A stretch of 64,000 nt of DNA from assembly GCA_044440125.1 (NCBI GenBank), contig JBITAJ010000011.1:102648-166647 (forward strand). The letters run 5' to 3'. The position numbers and the translations under genes were made by a program. Under the pieces are notes generated by a model that did no database searches, was not told where the DNA came from, and worked only from the letters and a program-made list of their open reading frames with translations. The DNA is from Sedimentisphaeraceae bacterium JB056. GTDB taxonomy: Bacteria > Planctomycetota > Phycisphaerae > Sedimentisphaerales > Sedimentisphaeraceae. Positions 29,104 to 37,652 of this stretch are shown here, in pieces (positions within the stretch are counted from its first letter, which is position 1; each line of letters opens with the position of its first letter).

Positions 29104-31809
29104 ATGGAAAAGAAGAAGATATTTTTTGTCCTGAGCAGTCATTGGGACAGAGAATGGCATCAGAGTTTTCAAAATTTCCGTTACAGTCTTGTAGAACTGT
29201 TTGATGATATATTAGATGGCTTTGAGTCTGAAAAGCTCAAAGGAGCTTTTCAAACAGATGGTCAGGCAGTAATGGTTGAAGATTATCTGCAAATAAGACC
29301 GGAAAAAACAGAAACAATTCAAAAAATGGCAGAGCAGGGCCTTTTAGCGGTAGGTCCCTGGTATGTTATGCCTGATGAATTCCTTGTTTCAGGAGAAGCT
29401 TTAGTAAGAAATCTTGAGATGGGAACAAAAGTCTGCAATACTATTGGCTCTAAGCCTTCCAGTGCAGGTTTTGTGTGTGATATTTTCGGTCATTGCGGCC
29501 AGCTTCCTCAGATATTTGATAAAGCAGGTATTAAATGCGGCTTTATATGGAGGGGATTGAATGTAAGTGATCAGCGAAATCTTGTATGGAAGGGTGTTGA
29601 TGATACGGAACTTTTGTGTTATGTTTTTGGTTACTATGGTTATGGAGATTTTGCTTTTCAGGTTAGACATTGTAATGAATATGACAGACAATTAAATCCT
29701 GATACAGTAAGAAAAGATATAGAGAAATATTTTGCGAAAGAATTTGAAGCATCCAATACCGATGCCGTACTGATATTTGATGGTTGTGATCATCAGCACT
29801 GGGACAGAGATATATACCGGATTGTTTCAGAGTATTTCGAGAAAGGCTGGAATGGATGTGAAATTGTTCATTGCAGTCTTGATGAATATATTGATTATTT
29901 GGTTCAGGAAAAACATAAAATAACCCCTGAGCTTTACGGCGAATTACGCCAGCCGGGTATTGTTCCTGATGAGTCAAGCCGATGGCTTTTGGCTGGAGTA
30001 CTTTCAAGCCGCATTCACTTAAAGCAGTACAATGCATACTGTCAGAATATTTTGACTGCTGTTGCCGAGCCTCTTGCTTTAACTGCGACGGCGCTTCTGA
30101 ATAAGGAATATCCTGAGAGTTTTATGCAGAGAGCCTGGAAATATCTTTTGAAAAATCAGGCTCATGATTCAATTTGCGGATGCAGTATTGACAGGGTGCA
30201 CCGTGATATGATCTACAGGTTTGATCAGTGCAGTGATATTGCAGGAAGAATTGCTGATGAGTCTCTTATGAGTATTGCTTCAGCCGTTAAACCGGACATT
30301 AATGATGGTGAAATTGCGGTTGTATTATTTAATCCTGTTGCTTCATCAGGCTGCAGAGAAGTTGAGTTTGTTGCTGATATACCTGTGTCGTGGCCGGCAT
30401 TCAAAGATTTTGGTTGGGCGCAGGAATACCCTGATCTTGAAATTTACAATGAAGACACTGGTGAAAAATTACCGCATCAGTTTATCAGTATCGAACCTGG
30501 TATGACGGCCGTAAGAATTTACAAGCATAAGATACCGGAAAAATATGAAGTTCATCGGGTTAGAATGGCTGTTACTGCTGAGCTGCCTTCATTAGGTTAT
30601 ACTGTATTGAAGATTGCACCTGCTAAGAAACCAAGTTTTAATCGTGGATTGTCGTGTTCTTCACTTGTGACATCACATAATACTATGGAAAATGAGTATC
30701 TTAGAGTGGAGATCAATTCTAACGGTACATTAAATATTTTTGATAAGCGTACTTCTCAGATATACAATAATCTTATGGTTTTCGAGGATAAAGCGGATGC
30801 CGGAGATAACTGGGATTATTGCAAACCGGTAAATAATACTACTTGCAGTTCAAATGCTTCTTTTGCTGATGTTGAATTGATTTGTGATGGGGCTATCAAA
30901 GCATCTTTTCTTGTACGGGTACATTTGAAGGTGCCTCAGAAATTCTGTTATGATACGATGAAGAGATCTACAGATTATGTAAATATCTGCATTGAGAATG
31001 TCATTACATTGAATGCTTCGTCTGAGTATCTTGATGTTAAGACCAGTTTTCAAAATACGGCATCAGATCATCGCTTGCGGGTTCTGTTCAGCAGTGGTGC
31101 TGATACTGATACATATCTCAGTGATAGTATTTTCGATGTGATGGAGAGAAATATAAAACTATGCGATGATAATTCGTGTCAGCGGGAAATGGAAACTGAA
31201 ACACGTCCGCAACAGAGTTGGACGGCAGTTCATGATGGTCAAAGAGGATTGGCTTTATTCAGTTGTGGATTGCCTGAGATTGCTGTTCAGGATAAGAAAG
31301 ATCGTCCGGTGGCTCTTACTTTGCTGCGTGCTACAAAGCGTATAGTTTTTAATGGCCAGGGCAAAGACAGTCAAATGCAGGGCAAACAGACATTCCGTTA
31401 CAGAGTATCTCCATTAGCAGGCGATGTGGATTATTGCAAGATGTATGATATGGCTGACGAACTTGTTAAGGATGTTCGTTATGTATGTGCTGATAACAAG
31501 AAAATTTCGTTATATGAAAATTCTAAGTCTTTACCTGTTTGTCAGAGTATGTTGAGTATTGAGGGCAATTGCGTTGTAAGTGCCTTCAGGGCATTCGAAA
31601 ATAATTGGCAATTGAGAGTGTTTAATCCTTATCAGAGTGTATCAGATGTAAAGATTTCTATGAATCAAAAGTTTATTTGCGGCAGTCATGTTGATTTAGT
31701 TGATTTTGCCGGTAATAAGATTGGAATAGCCGATGTTATTGGTAATAAGGTTGTTCTGAAGCTTAAAAAGAAAGAAATCGTGACGATAGAAGGGAGTATA
31801 GCCGGGTGA
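29104..31809 (+). CDS. Glycoside hydrolase family 38 (alpha-mannosidase/MngB-like), no signal peptide
   Basis: SHWDREW, GPWYVMPDEFLVSGE, DIFGH, HDSICGCS, DHRLRVLF. Confidence 0.9.
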   Translation: MEKKKIFFVLSSHWDREWHQSFQNFRYSLVELFDDILDGFESEKLKGAFQTDGQAVMVEDYLQIRPEKTETIQKMAEQGLLAVGPWYVMPDEFLVSGEALVRNLEMGTKVCNTIGSKPSSAGFVCDIFGHCGQLPQIFDKAGIKCGFIWRGLNVSDQRNLVWKGVDDTELLCYVFGYYGYGDFAFQVRHCNEYDRQLNPDTVRKDIEKYFAKEFEASNTDAVLIFDGCDHQHWDRDIYRIVSEYFEKGWNGCEIVHCSLDEYIDYLVQEKHKITPELYGELRQPGIVPDESSRWLLAGVLSSRIHLKQYNAYCQNILTAVAEPLALTATALLNKEYPESFMQRAWKYLLKNQAHDSICGCSIDRVHRDMIYRFDQCSDIAGRIADESLMSIASAVKPDINDGEIAVVLFNPVASSGCREVEFVADIPVSWPAFKDFGWAQEYPDLEIYNEDTGEKLPHQFISIEPGMTAVRIYKHKIPEKYEVHRVRMAVTAELPSLGYTVLKIAPAKKPSFNRGLSCSSLVTSHNTMENEYLRVEINSNGTLNIFDKRTSQIYNNLMVFEDKADAGDNWDYCKPVNNTTCSSNASFADVELICDGAIKASFLVRVHLKVPQKFCYDTMKRSTDYVNICIENVITLNASSEYLDVKTSFQNTASDHRLRVLFSSGADTDTYLSDSIFDVMERNIKLCDDNSCQREMETETRPQQSWTAVHDGQRGLALFSCGLPEIAVQDKKDRPVALTLLRATKRIVFNGQGKDSQMQGKQTFRYRVSPLAGDVDYCKMYDMADELVKDVRYVCADNKKISLYENSKSLPVCQSMLSIEGNCVVSAFRAFENNWQLRVFNPYQSVSDVKISMNQKFICGSHVDLVDFAGNKIGIADVIGNKVVLKLKKKEIVTIEGSIAG

Positions 31810-33362
31810 ATATCAGCTGGATTGATTTGACGATTCTGTTTGTCTATCTTGGGGCAATGGCTTGTATGGGGCTGTATTTTGCCAAAAGAAACAGTAATAC
31901 GGAACAATATTTTCTTGGTGGGCGTTCTTTTAACGGTATTGTGATAGGACTCAGTCTTGTTGGTACATCGATAAGTTCAATAACTTTTCTGGCATTTCCC
32001 GCAGACGCTTTTAAAACGTCATGGATGCGTTTTTTAACTGCTTTTATGATGCCGGTAGCGGTGTTTGTTGCATCAAGATTTTTTCTTCCTTTTTTCCGTA
32101 AGAGCAATGTAACATCTGCTTATGAGTACCTTGAAGGACGTTTTGGTTCTTCCGTGCGTCTTTATGCGGCGAGTGTTTTTATTATTGCTCAGCTTGTGAG
32201 GGTGGCTATTATTCTGTATCTGCTTTCTTTGCTTGTTTACGAAGTTACGGGGCTTAACCCTGTTTTATGTGTCATAATAACGGGTATCTTTGTCTCGTTT
32301 TATACTATAACCGGTGGTATTGATGCCGTTATATGGACAGATGTGCTTCAAACCATTGTTCTGGTAGCAGGCGGAATACTTTGTCTGGCGGTTATCGTTT
32401 CAAAAGTACCTGGTGGCATGGGTGAAATAATAAACACTGCTCTTAATCATGACAAGCTTTCATTCAGCGAGTATATTGATGGGAATCCCGTTGCTATACC
32501 TTGGGGGTTATCGCTCCAGAAGAAAACGATATCTATGATGTTTATTCTCGGTATTACCAGTTGGATGACGGTTTACTGCAGCGATCAGAATGTGGTTCAG
32601 AGATATTGTGCTTCCAAGAGTATAAAAGAGGCTCGTAAGGCGATGTGGGTTAGTGTTTACAGCTCAATACCTATTTGGGCATTCTATATGTTTCTTGGTA
32701 CGGCATTATATGTGTTCTTTTATCATTTTCCTACTCCAGAGACAACTGAGATGCTTGAAGGAGCCAGGAAATCGGAACAGGTTCTTCCGTTTTTTATAAT
32801 AAATTATCTTCCGCCGGGAATACTTGGTATTGTGATTGCGGCAGCTATGAGTGCGGCAATGTCCTCTCTCGACTCAAACATTAATGCTGTTTCAACTGTA
32901 TTTATTGTTGATATTTACAAAAGGTATCTTGCGAAGGATAAGCTCGATAAACATTATCTCTTCATTGCAAGGCTGATAGCGGTTGTAGTTACAGTGATAA
33001 TGATATCGGGTGCTGTAATCCTGTTAAATACTGAAACGAAAACCTTGCAGGATACTGCGAATATTCTTGTGTCGGTGCTTACCGGTGGAATGCTTGGTAT
33101 ATATTTAATTGGATTTTTCAGCAGGGCTGGAGATTGGCGGGCAGTCTGGTGTGGTATTGTATGTACTGCTGTATTCACCTTGTGGACTGTTTTTAGCGGC
33201 AGGAATTTACTGCCGCAGGGTTGGAATACCACTTTTGATTTGTACTATACCGGTTTGATTGGTAATATAGTAATGTTTGTTGTTGGTTTTGCGGTTGCAC
33301 TTCTGCTTCCAAGGCACAGACGTAACCTGACGAATCTTACTGTTTGGGATATGGAAAAATAA
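31806..33362 (+). CDS. Sodium:solute symporter
   Basis: YFLGGRS, ISSITFL, AVIWTDVLQ, DQNVVQRY, MSSLDS. Confidence 0.92.
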   Translation: MNISWIDLTILFVYLGAMACMGLYFAKRNSNTEQYFLGGRSFNGIVIGLSLVGTSISSITFLAFPADAFKTSWMRFLTAFMMPVAVFVASRFFLPFFRKSNVTSAYEYLEGRFGSSVRLYAASVFIIAQLVRVAIILYLLSLLVYEVTGLNPVLCVIITGIFVSFYTITGGIDAVIWTDVLQTIVLVAGGILCLAVIVSKVPGGMGEIINTALNHDKLSFSEYIDGNPVAIPWGLSLQKKTISMMFILGITSWMTVYCSDQNVVQRYCASKSIKEARKAMWVSVYSSIPIWAFYMFLGTALYVFFYHFPTPETTEMLEGARKSEQVLPFFIINYLPPGILGIVIAAAMSAAMSSLDSNINAVSTVFIVDIYKRYLAKDKLDKHYLFIARLIAVVVTVIMISGAVILLNTETKTLQDTANILVSVLTGGMLGIYLIGFFSRAGDWRAVWCGIVCTAVFTLWTVFSGRNLLPQGWNTTFDLYYTGLIGNIVMFVVGFAVALLLPRHRRNLTNLTVWDMEK

Positions 33363-33363
33363 A

Positions 33364-35958
33364 ATGAAGAATATGCCTAAAGTGATGTTGTTGATAACTA
33401 TGCTTGCTTTGATTTCTAAGGCAGCTCTTGAGAGTAATTCTCCTATAATGGTTGAAAGTGAAAATGGATTTGGCCACTTTGCCGGTGATGGGCTTACTAA
33501 CTATCCGGTAGGTGCGGCTTTTGTCTACGGTAGCGAACGGGCAGATGTTTTTACTTGGTATATGCCTGATACTCGGGTTTCCGATAATATTGATACTCAT
33601 GTTGTTTTATACAAATGGATCAAAGATCTTGATGGTATTCCTGTTTTTGGTGAGCCTGTTGTATGCAGGCATGATCTGGGTAGAAAATATATACCTTTTG
33701 AAGTTGTAGAGCATAAAGGGCAGCTTTATTGTTTGTGGAGAGGCGGCAAGGAAATACTTCTTACCAGATTCAATAAAGATGAGTTCTCTTTTGAGAAAAT
33801 TAAAGTTATAGATCTAAGTGATTTTATAACATCGTCATACAGACCTTTTACTGTAATGGTAAATCCTGATGCTACGGCTGAGATAATAACGGTTGTTTCA
33901 GAGGGTGACTACTTTGGCGATCAGGGCAGGAGAGTTGCTAAACGTGGTCCGTTTTTCTATCCCTATGACGGCAGAGGTGTATGGAGAGGTAATCTTTATA
34001 ATGCACGGCTTTATGCGTTTTCTATCGACCTGTTTTCTTCGGTGACGCCTTCTGATTACAGGATTATATGTCAAAATCCTGATAGTGTGAGATTTGGTTA
34101 CGGACAGAAGGTTACTGTTGTGAATCTCGGAGCCGGTAGAGAACGTGATGTGATGGGAGGCGGTCAGTTTGGTAACTTCCATTATTACCATAATAAATCT
34201 GCAAGTGGTATTAATCTTGAGAAAATGCGGTATATGGTTGGTGTAGATGGTGTGGCTGTCAGGAATCCCAATATTGATGCTTCACCGATTGCTTATCCGG
34301 ATACCAAAACAGGACTTTCTGATATTCTTTGCAGTAGTGAAGGCCTGATGTACTACTATAAGTTTACTGGAAAGTTTAGTGATTCCGGTTCGCCGATATA
34401 TGAAGATTCTAAAAAGGTATGGCTTAAAAATCCTGCCTTGAATACAGGAAGCTTACCTGTGGTCAATGTTGTTGATTGGGATGGTGATGGTGTGCTTGAT
34501 ATTGTTTCAGGTACATCTAATGGTGAAGTGCTGTTCTCCAAAAATACAGGTACAAAGAAAATGCCGGCCTTTACTCCTTTCCAGGTAATCAAAGCCGAAG
34601 GTGAAGAGATATGCCTTAAACCAGGTTATCGTGGTTCTATACAGGGGCCGCTCGAAGCACGTTGGGGGTATTCATGCCCGACAGTTGTAGACTGGAATCA
34701 GGATGGGCTTCCGGATCTGCTTGTCAGCGGTACGCCTGCTGATTATCGGATGTACATAAATAAGGGTACTAAGTCTGAGCCGAAGCTCACAAAGCCTGTA
34801 CCTCTTTATCATGACGGTCTTGAACTTCACGGTACATGGCGTACGCAACCGGCGGCGGGTATGCTTGGCGGAAAGATGGTTTGTATTATCCTTGACGATG
34901 ATGATCAACTGCATATGTATGCGAGGGTTGATGATTACAATGTTGAAGATTGCGGCAAAGTTAAGCTTGATGATGGTTCAAATATTATATCGACTTTCAA
35001 GTATGCAGGCGGAAGCGGTCGCTTGAAACTTAAATTGAACGATTGGGATGGTGATGGGGTTAAGGACTTGCTCATAGGAACATTAATAGACCATTCCATA
35101 CCGAACCGTAAGACTGGTTTGCCGAGCTCTCTTGAAAAGCCGCATGCAAGTGTTTTGTTTATGAAAAACACCGGCACTGAGACATCGCCGCTTTTTGCTT
35201 ATCCTCAAATACTCGAATTTGACGGCAAGATACGCAACTTTGGTGTCCATTCGTGCTCGCCTGATGCTGCTGACCTTAATGATGATGGCAAGAAGGATAT
35301 CGTTGTAGGTAATGAGACGGGTAAGTTCTACTTTTTTGACGGCAATGATGTGGGTTTTAAGAAAATAAACCCGGATAAAGATTTACAGCCTAAAAATTGT
35401 CGTTGGCAGAAGGGTAGTTTTCAAAATCAATGGAATCGGGAAGAAAACTGGCTGTACGGTGTTCCGGGAGTGAAAAATACAGCTCTTATAGAAGTTGATG
35501 TTCTTGTTACATTGGAAGAAGATGCTTGTTGCCGCAGTTTGCTTCTTGGCGGCAGTGGTGGAAGCCTGCGGATGCTTGACGGCAGTTCAATGACAATCAC
35601 GAACGATTTGGTAGTCGGCTCTTATGATAAACATCATGGTGAAATGTTTATTGACGGCGGCACGATAGATGTTGGCGGCAAAGTTTATATTGCTAAAAAT
35701 ACGGGTTCAACCGGTGTTTTACATTTTAATAATGGTGTTATTAATACATCAGATCTGATAATTGGTGGAGAAAATAGAGATGCAAAACTTGTTATGGATT
35801 CTCAGGCGACGTTTTTTATTAAAGGCGACCGCGCAAAACAAATTCAAAATTATATAGATAATATGCTGATTGTAGCATCAATTCCCGGTAAGCAGGTAGT
35901 TTCTGTGGGATATGACGAGAATCAATCGTTAACAATACTGAAGATAGTAGCGGGATAG
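33364..35958 (+). CDS. Secreted FG-GAP/VCBS-repeat protein with C-terminal beta-rich repeat
   Basis: DWDGDGVLDIV, DWNQDGLPDLL, DWDGDGVKDLL, DLNDDGKKDIV; C-terminal unit resembles the repeats in 24338-27802. Confidence 0.8.
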   Translation: MKNMPKVMLLITMLALISKAALESNSPIMVESENGFGHFAGDGLTNYPVGAAFVYGSERADVFTWYMPDTRVSDNIDTHVVLYKWIKDLDGIPVFGEPVVCRHDLGRKYIPFEVVEHKGQLYCLWRGGKEILLTRFNKDEFSFEKIKVIDLSDFITSSYRPFTVMVNPDATAEIITVVSEGDYFGDQGRRVAKRGPFFYPYDGRGVWRGNLYNARLYAFSIDLFSSVTPSDYRIICQNPDSVRFGYGQKVTVVNLGAGRERDVMGGGQFGNFHYYHNKSASGINLEKMRYMVGVDGVAVRNPNIDASPIAYPDTKTGLSDILCSSEGLMYYYKFTGKFSDSGSPIYEDSKKVWLKNPALNTGSLPVVNVVDWDGDGVLDIVSGTSNGEVLFSKNTGTKKMPAFTPFQVIKAEGEEICLKPGYRGSIQGPLEARWGYSCPTVVDWNQDGLPDLLVSGTPADYRMYINKGTKSEPKLTKPVPLYHDGLELHGTWRTQPAAGMLGGKMVCIILDDDDQLHMYARVDDYNVEDCGKVKLDDGSNIISTFKYAGGSGRLKLKLNDWDGDGVKDLLIGTLIDHSIPNRKTGLPSSLEKPHASVLFMKNTGTETSPLFAYPQILEFDGKIRNFGVHSCSPDAADLNDDGKKDIVVGNETGKFYFFDGNDVGFKKINPDKDLQPKNCRWQKGSFQNQWNREENWLYGVPGVKNTALIEVDVLVTLEEDACCRSLLLGGSGGSLRMLDGSSMTITNDLVVGSYDKHHGEMFIDGGTIDVGGKVYIAKNTGSTGVLHFNNGVINTSDLIIGGENRDAKLVMDSQATFFIKGDRAKQIQNYIDNMLIVASIPGKQVVSVGYDENQSLTILKIVAG

Positions 35959-36266
35959 CATGTCTGGATACAAGGTTCTTTGCGATTAATGGTTAGTTGC
36001 TTTGATTTGAGCTTTTTTTATACTCAATACATAGAAATTACATTATGTGTTGCAGAAGACAATTATCTTTGACTTTGTCTAATACCGAATGCATATAAGT
36101 CTTGTCGCAATGGTGCCGTAGGTTTAGTTTGAATCGTAGTTTTTTAAGCGGCAAGGCGGTGGTATTGTTTCTGGAGACCGCCGAGTTTTTCTGTGTATTG
36201 GATATCAATATCATTATGTATTTTGGGTTCAATACAGGATAAAAGAGGTTAATCCAGGTCTTGAAT

Positions 36267-36285
36267 TTGCAACACACTTGCAACA
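36267..36285. repeat. Tandem TTGCAACA repeat (11-bp period); matching pair at 36516-36534
   Basis: TTGCAACACACTTGCAACA and TTGCAACACTTTTGCAACA flank the first tRNA fragment. Confidence 0.6.
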
Positions 36286-36397
36286 GTTATGCTCGTCTGA
36301 GCTACTGCAGAGCTTCGGCTGTGCTACGGTTGAAATTATAAGTCTTTTAATATCAGTTGTTAATCATTTATTAGTAGATACTTACGGAGCCAGAGAG

Positions 36398-36444
36398 TCG
36401 GACTGTCGATCCGAAGGTTGAGGGTTCGAGTCCCTTCGGCCTCG
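36398..36444 (+). pseudogene. 3' tRNA fragment (anticodon arm GTC, T arm, 3' acceptor strand); att-site-like
   Basis: TCGGA-CTGTCGA-TCCGA AGGTT GAGGG-TTCGAGT-CCCTT CGGCCTC G; no D arm and no GAGGCCG 5' strand upstream. Confidence 0.8.
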
Positions 36445-36451
36445 CTCCGTT

Positions 36452-36486
36452 AAAGCCTTGTAGGTTAATAGCTTACAAGGCTTTTT
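36452..36486 (+). terminator. Terminator-like hairpin after the tRNA fragment (copy at 37334-37370)
   Basis: AAAGCCTTGTA / TACAAGGCTTT plus T run. Confidence 0.7.
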
Positions 36487-36543
36487 CTTTTGTCTGAATT
36501 TCGTCAAAAATACCCTTGCAACACTTTTGCAACAGAATTAGGT

Positions 36544-36695
36544 TCACACAGCTATTTTAACCTGCTGATTTTGGCAATATTTGTCCAATAATTCTTTGCT
36601 GACTTCATGCGTTCCGGCATCTCTTGCACGAGAGATAAGATCATCAGCTACTGCAAGATAAAATCTGTAAGTAGTTTCAAAATTGGCATGACCGC
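36544..36695 (-). pseudogene. C-terminal remnant of a tyrosine integrase
   Basis: GHANFETTYRFYLAV matches the GH...TT..Y catalytic tail; points toward the tRNA fragment. Confidence 0.75.
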
Positions 36696-36989
36696 GTCCC
36701 GTATCATTTAAATTTAGCTGAAAACACAAAGATTTGTAGTGGATCCGAATAATTCTTATAGGATTAGGATGAGAAATAGTAAAAGTGAGTTTATGGTAGC
36801 TTAAAGAGTATTTCTGGCGGTGTTTCAAAACTTATCGGAGCCTAATTTTGATTGGGATTTTATGATTTTAGAGCGGATTTGCAAGTTAAAAATTGCTCTA
36901 AATCTCATCGCCGTATCATTGCGTTTATTATGAGATAAACAATAATTATTTACTGCTTTGATGATTAGCTTAACTGATAAAGGAAGCCA

Positions 36990-37080
36990 AGCAGTTCTAA
37001 TCAATATGCAAGAATCGATTGATTATTTTAGAATAATCCCAGGTATTAAGAAAGCAGCTTAAATCTGAAATTTGTTGTAT
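36990..37080 (+). pseudogene. Degenerate N-terminal remnant of the rve-type transposase
   Basis: AVLINMQESIDYF then frameshift QVLRKQLKSEICC resembles ALLHMQKSVDYL...RVLREQLKVKTGC of 52801. Confidence 0.55.
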
Positions 37081-37279
37081 AGAAGAGTGTTCAGTCTGTT
37101 TTAAATTCCAATGTTAATAAGATTATATGCTAAATTGTTCGTCAAAAAGTTCGTCAATTTGCAGTGGATACTGACTTGTCAGTCTTGTTTGTCTCTACTT
37201 GTTATTTACTTGTAATCCTTATTTGTTGCTTGAAAATACGTTTTAAGGCATTGTGAAATAAGAGCTTATGGAGCAAGAG

Positions 37280-37326
37280 TCGGACTGTTGATCCGAAGGT
37301 TGAGGGTTCGAATCCCTTCGGCCTCG
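37280..37326 (+). pseudogene. 3' tRNA fragment (anticodon GTT, Asn-like); second copy
   Basis: TCGGA-CTGTTGA-TCCGA AGGTT GAGGG-TTCGAAT-CCCTT CGGCCTC G; two differences from 36398-36444. Confidence 0.8.
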
Positions 37327-37415
37327 CTCCGTTAAAGCCTTGTAGGTTAATAATTTACAAGGCTTTTTTTTCTGCTGTTGCTCTAAAATGCCCAAAAGTG
37401 TCAAAATAGTGTCAA

Positions 37416-37568
37416 TTACATTTTCGCCTCTTCCATCATCTTTGCAAATACCTGTCCTGTTGAGTCAAAATCTTCAGCTCTGACAGCGAGATAATAATCC
37501 ATAGTTATCTTGGTGCTATAGTATCCGGTAAGTTTGTGGGCTGCCAGCAATGGTAAATTTCGAGTCAT
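37416..37568 (-). pseudogene. Degenerate C-terminal remnant of a tyrosine integrase (not in the ORF track)
   Basis: Translates MTRNLPLLAAHKLTGYYSTKITMDYYLAVRAEDF..., similar to the YLAV/YLSVR tails at 36544 and 21578; stop abuts AGTGTCAA x2 at 37397-37415. Confidence 0.6.
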
Positions 37569-37652
37569 GTCGTAATACAAAGTTTACTTTCTTGCAAATA
37601 AACCCTGCTTGATCTTGTCAGATTGTGATCAATTAAAAATCACTCTTTCATG

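Noticed and set aside
36696..36828. N-terminal half of the 94-aa ORF 36544-36828 as part of a real protein
   Set aside because: Only the C-terminal part resembles an integrase; the upstream part looks like fortuitous read-through
36398..37326. Calling the two elements functional tRNA-Asp and tRNA-Asn genes
   Set aside because: No D arm and no 5' acceptor strand complementary to CGGCCTC; kept as fragments
21573..37415. CRISPR array or integron cassette array
   Set aside because: Repeats are only two-unit 8-9-mers with no spacers; no cas or intI genes; no attC-like series seen
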